Positions 36,951-48,115 of a DNA stretch of 60,233 bases are shown here, in pieces (the first letter of the stretch is position 1; every line of letters starts with the position of its first letter). The stretch spans positions 17,589,996 to 17,650,228 of the forward strand of contig JASCQW010000139.1 in assembly GCA_030264375.1 (NCBI GenBank), given 5' to 3'. The position numbers were made by a program, and so were the translations under genes. The notes beneath the pieces were generated by a model. The model saw only the letters and a program-made list of their open reading frames with translations. It was not told where the DNA came from and ran no database searches. The DNA is from Carcharhinus longimanus (lineage: Eukaryota).

Positions 36951-39800
36951 CCTGGGACTCATTTTCGGGATGGAAGTGCTATTGCAAGGTCAGCATTTAA
37001 TATCAATCCCTAATTCTGCTGGAAAAGGTGATGGTTCCAGAATTTTGTCCCAGCAAAGATGAAAGCATGGTGACACATTTCCAAGCGAGTGTGGGGTGTG
37101 ACATGGAAGAAAACTTGCAGATGGTGATGTTCCCTTGCATCTACTGTCCCTAATTTCTTTAGGTGGCAGAGGTTGCAAGTTTGGAAGGTTCTGTCAAAGG
37201 TGGTGTGACAAATTGCTGATGTATCACGTAGACAGCAGCACACTGATGATGAAGGGAGTGAATGCCTAATGTGATGAATAGGGTGCCAAGCAAGCCAGGC
37301 TGATTGGTCCTGGATGATGCCAATCTTCATGAGTTCCATCACACACCTGATTTGTGCCTTGTATATGGTGGAAAGGGAATTAGGAGACAAGTTACTCAAA
37401 TACCCATCCTCTGAGCTGCTCATGTAACCACAGAATTTATGTGCCTTGTCTAATGGCGATGAGTGATGTTACGGAAGTCTTGATGGGGCAGATATGGTTC
37501 AGCATCTAATAGGAGACCAAATTTGCTCAGCCTCAGACAGTAACCAAGAAAAGTGATATAACTGGTACTAAGGAAGAGAGATTTTGGCAGGCGCCAGAAA
37601 AAAAAAACAGCTTCAGTCTTCTCAAATATTAGACTGGAGGAAAGCATTTGCTTGATGGACAAAAAACTTGATAAATCACAGGCAGTGGAAGGGTAGAGGG
37701 GTGATGATGAAGTACAGCTGGGTATTATGTGTAAATGTGGAACCTGATGGGTTTTTGAGAGTCAGCACGTTAATGGGAAGTAGTGGACAGGACAAGGGAG
37801 CCCTTGAGGGGGACGGGATGAAACTATGGCACCTGTGGAGGAACAAGGAAAGGGAACAGGAGATTTTCTGGCAACGTGTGGATCAATAAGAATGGATCAA
37901 GATATGGGCAATCCTTTTCACTTAATTCTTGCAATGTATAACAATAAAATTGAAATCAAATTACACAATTTTTCATTAGTTTTAATAATTTTAGTTCCTT
38001 CATTCATTTTAATAATTTCCAACTACAATTTGTAACTTCTCTAAAAGATGATCAAATTAATGCCACAAATCCCTAACCCCCTTTCTCCCAAGTACTAAAA
38101 CACAATAATTAGGTCCGCTTTTATTAATAGCTTACTGATACCACTGATGGCCATGCCTCCAGTTGCCCAGACCCCAAGCTCTGGAATTCCTTCCCCACAC
38201 TTCACCTCGCTACGTCACTTTCCTCCTTTAAAGATGCTCCTTAAAACCTTCCTCTTTGACCAAGCTTTTTGATATCTGACTTAATGTCTTCTCATGTGGC
38301 TTGGTGCCATAAATGAGTTTTTAAATGTCCATTGAAGTACTTTGGGTCATTTCAAGGCACTTTACAAGTTATTACAGACACCACAGTCAGTCACAGGCAT
38401 TATTTGCAGCATTTCAGTTCAAAATGCCAAGCTCATTTCTTGAGATACAAATACAATGGCTATGCAGTCAAAACATATTCAAAATGAGCATCTATTTAGC
38501 GCAAAAATGCTAACATGATTTAACAGGATAAGTATTCAAATGCAGTAAATCTTAATCAGATCAATTTTAAAATTAGATTGCAGAAATCCATTAGGTTTAC
38601 ATTCCAATCTACATACTTGTGTGGAGTTACTTTTTAATTTCCTTTAAATGCGAGAAATACGCCTGCAATGTCATGATTTTTCACAAATTCAATAAGCAAG
38701 CCTCAACTGGAAAAAGGCATGAATAGAAATATCTTTCAACTACTTCCTTGACAAAGCTTCACTAAATAATTAGACATTTAATACTTTAAAAAATATATGA
38801 ACATACAATGGGAGTGACAGTATGTACGCCTGCATAAAATGAGAGTAGAATAAGGCCAAAAAGCTGTCTGAACAGGTGTTGCAGTCTATCATGCAAACCC
38901 AGATGACACATCTGAAAGGGTAACCTAAATGCAATAAAAAAAATACCCAAAGGATAACAGATGGCCAAGCAGCAAAAAACAACAGTAGCTGAATCAAGGG
39001 CCTGCAAAGAGATCAAAAACCATAATAATATCAGAGCTATTGCTGCCTTTGTATTCACAAGCTACTTTGAAATGCATGCACATACTGCTAGTATTTATCA
39101 CTGACATATTGGTACAGTCAAGCTGCTATAAGGATGGAACTTCTTACAAATGACAAGTGAAAGGGGCAATCACAAACTAGAGATGTTAAAGCAGAAAGCA
39201 CAAATGTGATTTGCATGGAGGAAATACAGGGTACTTTGCAGGATCCAGCACGCGGTATGTAACTATACTTTTGGTAGCAAACATAAATCAGTTGAGATTT
39301 CACACCTCAATGATTTCTAGAAATCATCAACCAGATATTTTTACAAAAATATGCAGGTATTCAATAATGATGTTTAAATAAACATTTATGCATTAAAAGG
39401 TAAAGAAATGTTTACTTTTAGAAGTGACAATTGGTAATGATTTCCAGTTCTTTTCAACTGCTATTTATGATAAAATGCTAAAAGAAACCCTGAGCTAAAT
39501 GAACATACTGAGAATACTATGCAAAATTTCAATATGATTGATCATGCTCAGAGCTATTCAAGTAGGTAACTTAATCAAGCAACAATACATTTTCAACAGT
39601 CAGTTGACTTGTCCAATACAATTCTAGTGGTAAGTCATCTGATTGAAGACAATTTGGCTATAGTTACACTTTCCTTAGTCGAGAGAATTTGCATCAATGT
39701 CTATCAAATTTCTACATGACCAATTCTCTGCTCCTTTCTCCATTAATACAGAACTATAAATTAACCAGTATGAAGTCATTTGGTTGTAAAAAAAACTATA

Positions 39801-40119
39801 GTATTGCTGAAAAAAGTGTACACACCTGTTTCAGCCAACCAAAATAAGGGACAGCCATTTGCTGGTTCATTCCACATGGAACTGCCTTGACCAGAATCGA
39901 GTTGCCTGGTTTCCATTTCAACAATGCTTGGCAGTTAATTGCCAGTCACCATCAATTGGTACATTCTCCTCGACAACAAATCTACCAGAGTCCACTTGCC
40001 AACCAATCAGCACCCTCTTACATAGTACAAGGTCATTGTTTCCCCACTGATATTTGTGCAATTGTCCCAATAAGTGCAAGATGAAACGCTTTGACAAAAT
40101 GTCTTTTTCAACAAAATAC
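39801..40119. mobile_element. Non-autonomous element with inverted ends and one decayed hammerhead-like end
   Basis: gtattgctgaaaaaag ... ctttttcaacaaaatac; right end ttgtc-ccaataa-gtgcaagat-gaaa-cgcttt-gacaa; related to 44876-45490. Confidence 0.55.
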
Positions 40120-40679
40120 AAAATGAATCTTGACCCAGAGACAATTTGTAATGTCCATTAATACAATGGCCCTAAAACTTGTTCATTTCTAGATTGCACT
40201 GGATACCAGAAGTGTCATTCACAACCCAGAACCTTACAGGAGACCCTTCAACCCATTCTACATGTAACAACTTTTTGAAAGAACCATCAAGTACCATCCC
40301 CTATTTCTCCAAAGCCTTGCAATTTTTTTCCTTTTCAAATATTTATACAACTTTCTTTTGAAAGTTACTCATACCCTTTCAGGCAACATATTACTGGACA
40401 CAACTCTATATGTGAAAAAAATCTAGTCTCATTTTTGTTCTTTTGTTGAGTATTTGAAAGATGCCCTCGTGTTACTAATCCCATCTGTTAGTGAAAAGTA
40501 TTTCTCTGCACTTAATTCATCATAATTAAGACAATCGATTAAATCTTTGCTTGAACAGCTCCACTCCAAAGAGAACAATTCCATCAATGGTCATCACCTA
40601 ATAGAACAGGGTACCAATTTGTGTCAGAGCATACAAACAGAAGAATGCACCAACAGATGAAGCTAGAGATTGCAAAAGG

Positions 40680-42905
40680 ACAGAATTAAAAGCTCGCTTT
40701 CTGAATATGCACAGCATTCATAACAAAACAGATGAATTGTTAGCGCAGACAGAAAGAAATATGATAACTGTTAGGGATATGGTTGCAATGAGACCAATAT
40801 TGAAGGGTATGAGACACTTTGAAGAAACAGGAAACTACAAAAGGGCAATGCCCTTAATCCAGATTGTCATTAGAACTGCAGAAAGTGGTGACCTTAGCTT
40901 GAAAAGAAAGACAGAGTCAGTTTGGGTAGAGCTAAGAAATAGGAAAAGCAGGAAGTCAATTGTGGGAATAGTTTATAGACCCAAACGTAAGACAAAGTAT
41001 TCAGAAATAAATAAATGGGACATATAGGAAAGGTACTACAATATTCATGGGTGACTTTAATCTACATGGAGATTGGGTAAAATCAGATTGGCAAATGTAT
41101 CCAAGACAATCTCTTAGAACAGTACATGGAAGAGCCAAGAGAACAGCTATTCTCGACCTAGTAATGTGCAATGAGACAGGATTAATCAATAGCCTCATGG
41201 TAAAGGAGCCTCTAGGCTATAGTGATCATAACATGCTTAATTTCTCATTCAATTTAAAGGGTAGAAGTGAGTGTACGAGGCACAGATGGTTAAAGCGAAC
41301 TGGAAAATTAGGTTAAAAACAGTAGAGACGCAGTGGCAGATTTATAAGCGAGAAAGAAAGATTCTTATCATCCACGACCTACGGATTGTACCAAATTAAA
41401 AGAAACATTGTACAAATCTGAAAATATTAGTGATAGATCAGCAGATTGGACAGATTTTAAGAACCAAAGACTAACAAAAAGCGGAGGAGGAAATAGTACA
41501 AAAAAAGCCAGTTAATAATATAAAAATAGACAGGAAGAGTTTCTACAAGCATTTAAATAGGAAAACTAAAGCTAGTCTTGATCCTCTAGAGAGAGACTTG
41601 GGGAATTGATAGAAAACAAGGGAACAGCAAAGGCGTTAACAGACATTTTATCTGTCTTCACTGTGGGAGACTGAGAAAAATTCCCAAAGATGCTCAGAAG
41701 TCAAATGATGGAGAGAGGAACCTATCACCATCACCAGGGAGAAGATGCTGGAAAAACTATTAGACCTAAATGTTGATAAGTACCCAGGACAGATGGCCTA
41801 CCTCATAGGGTCTTAAAGGAAATGGCTGTAGATATTGCTCAATATCTTCTAAAATTCCTTAGATTCTGGAAGGGTCCAAGTGGGTTGGAAAATAGTAAAT
41901 TAACACCCTTGTTCAAGAAAAGCAGAAGACAAAAACAGGAAATTATAGGCCAGCTAGCCTAACATCTGTCATAAGAAATTTCTAGAATGCATTATTCAGG
42001 AAGTTATAACAGGAACAGGCAGAATCACTGTTTAATGAAAGAGAAACTGCATTAACTAATTTATTAGAGTGATGAAGTAACAAGCAACCTGGATGAAGAG
42101 GAACATATAGATATGGTGTGGTACATTTGGTTTTCCAAAAGTCATTTGATAAGGTATCAAAAGATTACTTCATAAGATAGCACACGGTATAACCTATTAG
42201 CATGGATTAAAAATTAACTAACAGGAAGCTGATTGTAGGGATAAATGCATCATTTTTAGGTTGGCAAGTCGTAACTGGTGGAGTGCCACAAATGAGTACT
42301 TGGTCTTAATTACAATCCATACCATTGATTTGGATGAAGGGACTAAATGTATGATAGTTAAATATGGCAAGTTAGGTCAGAAAATAAGCTGTCAAACAGA
42401 GGGAGGGAGTCTTCAAACATACAGAATGTTGGCATTTATTGCAAGGGCAATGGAATATAAAAGTGGGGAAGTTTTATTGTAACTGTACAAGGCATTGTTG
42501 AAGCCAGATCTGTAGTACTGAGCACAGTTTTGGTTTCCTTATTTGAAAAAAGGGATATATTTGCTTTTTTAGTAGTACAGAGAAAGTTCACTTGACTCAT
42601 TCCTGAGACAAAAGGCTTATCTTAAGAAAGGTGGAACAGGTTAGGCCTATACCCACTGGAGAATAAGAAGTGGTTTCATTGAAATATAAAAGATCCTAAG
42701 GAGGCTCAATTAGGTGGTATGTTTCCTCAAGGAGGAGACTATATAATACCTTTGAATACGAGCTCTCCCTTTTAAAACGGAGATGAGAAGGCTTTTTTCT
42801 CAGGTCATTAAAATAGCGAATTCTCCCCCCCAGAAAGCTGCAGAGGCTGGGTCATTGAATTTATTCAAGGCTGAATTGGACAGAGTTTTGATAGATAAGG
42901 GAGTT
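40680..42905 (+). mobile_element. Decayed near-complete CR1-type ORF2 (APE endonuclease plus RT)
   Basis: SIHNKTDEL, SVWVELRN...VGIVYRP, MGDFN, AILDLVMCNE...LGYSDHNM, GNYRPASLTSV, MLAFIARAMEYKSGEVLL in colinear order with frameshifts. Confidence 0.9.
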
Positions 42906-44875
42906 GGCGGGGGGGGGTGCGGGTGTGGAGGAGAAGAGAAAGAGACATACAAGGAGAAGTCCTTCAGCCTTGGTAACATTCTAGTAATCTAATTCTCTGC
43001 ACACATTCAAGGCTCTCTTCATCTCTTGCAACAGCATCATATGAATGCTGCAGTAGAACATTGTCCATCGAACCTCAAGGATTACAACTGCCAATCAGAT
43101 TGATCATTTTAATGCGTCATTACATCACCTTCTTACTTGCCACCATTCTGTACTTGTGGTTACTCTACACTACCCTTCACACACAACTAATATTTATATT
43201 CTGGCAGATGGATAAAAAAATGGACATTTAAAATGTCTTTTAAAACAAAACCTGGTACAATGTACTCAAATGAAGGAGTGATCACTCCCTCTAAATGTAA
43301 ACAAGTTAACTGACACAGCAATTACATTTCATAAAGCAGGAGAATAATCCAAGCATTAGGTTTAACAAATTGCTTGGATTTATTATCAAATCTACTATAT
43401 TCCCAGCAGTACAAATTCAGGGTGAGTTATACTGCTAATTAATACACCTGTATCAACAAAGGCTTGCGGCCTATCTGGTATAGGTGTATTTAGTTCACAA
43501 GCATCTAACTTGACACCTACTCAATACCTTCCCAGAGATGGATCAATTTTATGCAGATGGCAGTTTGGGAAGTCAGTGTACATGAACCAAACAATGGTGA
43601 AATCTTGGTTGATTAGAGTCAAAACTGTCCTCAGTTCCTTCACTTTAAAGATAAGCATTTGGACAGATTCAGCTGAATCAAACAACCTGCTCTGAACGAC
43701 TATGTACAAACTACTACGGTTTTACTATAATATTTATTAAAAATCTAGGTCTCTCAGCATTCGTTTGTATTGATCAAAAGCCCTGTGAAGCCAAAATCAA
43801 AATAAAAGCAGAGCATGTAACCAATTTGATGACTTGAATTTTTTGCACAAGCAAAGCATTAAAACGTTTCCTGTAGCATAATTGGGGTAATTACTGGTGA
43901 CCACATTTCCACTGGGAAAATATACATTAGTTCATTCCATGATGAGCCACATCACTCATGTAATGATCTGATTCATGCCTAGCAAAGCAGCCAAATCTGA
44001 TTGAAAGATGTTTCGCAAGATTTCAGCGCAACTATCCCTCGCCCACATTCCCACCATTGCTTACTTGACGCATGATTTTTCATAGCAAGTGGTCAATTAA
44101 TAACAGCTATGATAGTCTCAATCCTCCATGCTCTAGAAACTGATCAATTTGCCACAAAACCCTACTATTTTGAGCATGCAAGAGTCACATTTCTGCTGAG
44201 TTGTTCTCAACATTCTCCAAGAGGTTAATGTTTAACTCCAGGAGATCTGAGGGCACCAATTACCAATGGTTCAGATAAAGGCGATTCTGATGGATCTATG
44301 TAACCAAAAATGACAATGGCATAGGTGAGAGTCTGTGGCTGAATCCTTGAGGAAAAGGAGCTTGAATTCTTCCTGAGCAAGATTAGAATCTTGAAGGACT
44401 TTGTGCCTGAAATTTAATGCCATATGCCAATTGGGCTGTTTGATAAATCCAAAAGATGCATCATGTTGTATATGCTTTTTAATGTGTGGTTTGCCCATTA
44501 TTCATGCTTAACAACTAAAAAAAAACAACAAATTCAAGTCATAAAAAATTAAATATTGTTCATGGGATTTGTTCATTAAATTTGGCTCTTTCGCTTCACT
44601 GATCTCCACAGGGATCATGACATGATAAGGTGCAGCAACCTGGCATGACATTTTTCTTCTCTAATCCAGTGCCGTAAATATTGATTACATCACCTCTTCA
44701 GCTTTGCCAGCTTATATCAGTTAACAGTACGAGCTGCAAGCTTAGGAACTTCTTGTTCTGTATGGCTTAAAATTAGTATTTCAGTAATAGGTAGGCAGAT
44801 AAACTGCCAGGTTGGGTAGGGGCAGTTGTGAGCTGCCATGGGAACCTAACTGAAGTCCTTTAAAGCATAAGCATT

Positions 44876-45490
44876 TTGAATATTGCTAAAGAGAGTGACA
44901 TGTTGTTGAAGTTTTTAGCCTTGCGCTCATCAGGACAAATGCAAGAATGTCAAATTTCAATTGATCACCATAACTTATACCACAGGAGAAAATGGTGTTG
45001 GACTCTGGTTGGCTGAGGTAGTTTCCAGTTGCTTTTTCCATGGAAATATGGGCTCTGCAAGTTTCCAGGTAATTCAAAAAGGTGCAAGGCTTGAACATAT
45101 TCCTTTTGTTTGCAGAGAATGCATATCTCTCTTCTAGCAAGCTTAAATAAGCCATGTTACAATCTCAGCTGATCTTTGCTTTGGGTCTAGCAAGCATGGG
45201 CTGGTTGAATATGGTGTGCACGCTACCTGTTATGAATAACCAAAAGGAACATGCTGTTGCATTCAATCAGCCAATCGCTGGAACAAATAAACACCTACTT
45301 GTTAGATTTGATTTAGCAATCAGGCTGCACTTGCCTGAACAATTCTGAGTGCACAAATAGCTATGCTAATTACACATTTAAAGTAATCAGCACACTTTGT
45401 TAACGACTGTTTCAAATTTGGCAGTGTTTGTCCTGATGGGTACGAGACAAAGCACTTCGGTAACATGTCTCTTTAATGAGCAATATTCAA
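44876..45490. mobile_element. 615-bp non-autonomous element with ~64-bp imperfect terminal inverted repeats
   Basis: ttgaatattgct (44876-44887) and agcaatattcaa (45479-45490) are a perfect inverted pair; similarity extends inward to catcaggacaaa / tttgtcctgatg. Confidence 0.75.
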
Positions 45491-45580
45491 GTCTGTACTA
45501 AGTGAGAACCAGTATCTATAAAATTAATAATTTGAGAAACGAAGAATGATGAATTTGCAGAACTGATTCCTTCTGCACTA

Positions 45581-46150
45581 TTAGAAACATAGAAAAACTA
45601 CAGCACAAACAGGCCCTTCGGCCCACAAGTTGCACCAAACATGTCCTTACCTCCTAGGCTTACCTATAACCCTCTAAGTTCCATATACTTATCCAAAAGT
45701 CGCTTAAAAAACCTTACTGAATCCACCTCCACCACCACTGCCGACAGCCAATTCCATGCACCCACCATCCTCAGAGAAAAACGTATCTCTGACACCTCCT
45801 CTGTACCTAATCCCCAACACCCTAAACCTGTGTCCTCTAGTGCCAACAATTTCAGCCCTGGGAAAATGCCTCTGAGAATCCACTCGATCAACACCTCTCA
45901 TCATCTTATACACCTCTATCAGGTCACCCCTNNNNNNNNNNNNNNNNNNNNNNNNNNNNNNNNNNNNNNNNNNNNNNNNNNNNNNNNNNNGCTCGAGGGG
46001 CTAGATGGCCTACTCCTGCTCCTATTTCTTATGTTCTTATGAGGTGACCAGAACTGAGCAGAGTACTCTAAGTGGGGTCTGACCAGGGTCTTATACAGTT
46101 GCACATTATCTCCTGACTCCTAGACTCAATTCCGCGATTGATGAATGCAA
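45581..46150 (-). mobile_element. Young CR1-type 3' end, with a second CR1 tail (+) at 45991-46041 next to a gap
   Basis: MQLYKTLVRPHLEYSAQFWSPH and YKMMRGVDRVDSQRHFP...TRGHRFRV; tail tagaaacatagaaa; same family as 2459-2740. Confidence 0.85.
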
Positions 46151-46611
46151 ATTGTCATCTTGTTTTGCATTTGACATTCCCAGGATGCACACAATGTCAG
46201 GAGTGTAAAATTCTCTGTTCTCATGGACAGAACAAATCCAATGTACTGCTCAGTTACTCAGTAACTTCCATTATTTTGATACTCGCATTTTTTGCCAAAA
46301 AAGACCACAGTACTGAAAGAATAGGCAGCTTTTTGTAATGATAATATGCCAAATTTTGCCAAGAATTTGCTAGTTTCGAATCTTCAAGTGTATGTCCACA
46401 ACTGTCAGTCAGCCATGTAGTATGCCAGTCTTCTATGCATTCCAGCCTCTTTTCAACAAATTTCTGTATCTCCTCCTAGATGGTGGAAGCTTCTAGGAGA
46501 TTATTTGTTTGTCTATGTTATTCCTTGCCTTGAACACTTGCTTGCATTCAGCTATCACTTTAGTGCTCTAGTTGCTGGGGCCTAGTCAATAGAGAATTTT
46601 GCTTCACATAT

Positions 46612-46830
46612 AGATGTTGGCATTAGACTGGGGTGGGCACAGTAATGGTCTCACAACATCAGATTTATTTGGTACCACAAGCTTTCAGACCACAGATCCT
46701 TCATCAGGTGAGTGGAGAGTTGGGTCCACAAACAGGGCATTTATAGACACAGACTTAAATGCAAGATAATGGTTGGAATGTGAGTCTTTACAGGTAATCA
46801 AGTCTTTACAGACCATGTGAGTGGAGAAAG
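46612..46830 (-). mobile_element. Penelope-like terminal repeat with hammerhead motif
   Basis: Same family as the 12227, 13606, 31372 and 54552 copies; includes the upstream part with the hammerhead. Confidence 0.7.
46675..46711 (-). ncRNA. Minimal type I hammerhead ribozyme motif (sense to GIT1)
   Basis: Minus strand UCAC CUGAUGA A GGA-ucugugg-UCU GAAA GC UU GUGG. Confidence 0.6.
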
Positions 46831-46844
46831 TGACAAGCAGAGAC

Positions 46845-47713
46845 CCAAGTGAGCAATAGTGATAGGCGACTTGCTAGCAAGAGGCACAGACAGGTGCTTC
46901 TACGGCCACGATCAAGACTCCAGGATGGTGTGTTGCCTCTCTGGTGCCAGGGTCAAGGATGTCTCTAAGCAGTTGCAGGACATTAAGCACGAGGGGTGAG
47001 CAGCCAGAGATCATTGTGTACATTGATACCTATGGGTAGGAAAAGGGATGAGGTCCTTATGCATGGAGAGAGAGTTAGGCAGAAGGCTAAAGTGCAGGAC
47101 CTCACGGGTAATAGTTTCTGGACTACTCCTGGTGCCATGTGCTAATAAGTAGGAATAGGAAGATTAGACATTGACAAGGCCACACTTGGGAGATACTGTG
47201 TACAGTTCCCTATTATAGAAAAGATACTAAACTAGAAAGAGTGCAGAAAAGATTTACTAGGATGGTACTGGGACTTGATGGTTTGAGTTAAAGGAGAGGC
47301 TGGATTGACTGGGACTTTTATCCCTGGAGCGTAGCAGGAGTGATCTTGTAGAGGTCTATAAAATGATGAGTGGCATAGATAAGGTAGATAGTCAACATCT
47401 TTTCCCAACGCCAGGTGAGTCTAAAACTAGAGGGCATAGGTTTATGGTGAGATGGGAGGTACAAAAGGGTCCAGATGGGGCAATTTTTCACTCAGAGGGT
47501 GGTGAGTTTCTGGAATGAGTTGCCAAAGGTAGTAGCAGAGGCAGGTACAATTTTGTCTTTTAAAAAGCATTTGGACAATTACATGAGTAAGATGGGTATA
47601 GAGGGATATGGGCCAAATGGAGGCAACTGGGACTAGCTTACTTTAAAAAAAAGAGCAGTATGGACAAGTTGGGCTGAAGGGCCTGTTTCTATGCTGTAAG
47701 TCTCTACGACTAT
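46845..47713 (+). mobile_element. CR1-type LINE: ORF1 esterase relic joined directly to ORF2 C-terminus and 3' UTR
   Basis: RAIVIGDLLARGTDRCFYGHDQDSRMVCCLSGARVKDVS (SGNH esterase of CR1 ORF1), then from ~47170 the same 3' end as 34380-34898. Confidence 0.85.
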
Positions 47714-47717
47714 GATC

Positions 47718-48115
47718 TTGCAGTCATGCCCATCTGTCCATCCTTGGCATGCTGCAGTGCTTCAGCGAAGCCTGGCACAAGCTGAGGTAGCAACATCTCA
47801 TCTTCTAGTTGAGACCATTGCAGCTCGAGACATGAGTTCGGCGACTTTAGATTTTGACCTTTCTCCTCCATATTAAACTAGCTTTTTAAAAAATATTCCA
47901 TACACGTACTGCCTCAATGCAAAACACCCTCTCCCTCTCTCAAATCTGGCCATGTGTCAATTGTTCTTAAAGTCACTACTTTATGTTGCAGTTTCTTTCG
48001 CCATAACCTTCTCCTTTAGCTCTGACAAAGGGTCTGTGATGCAAAATGTTAGCAGTTTCTCTCGGGAAAGATGCTGATAAACCTGCTGAGCTTTTTCAAC
48101 ATCCTCTGTTCTTGT
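47718..48115 (+). mobile_element. Decayed Penelope-like 3' end (GIY-YIG C-terminus plus terminus)
   Basis: SHAHLSILGMLQCFSEAWHKL..QHLIF relic, then agct-ctgacaa-agggtc...aaaa-tgtt-agc (decayed hammerhead) and agatgctg..acctgctgag. Confidence 0.65.
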
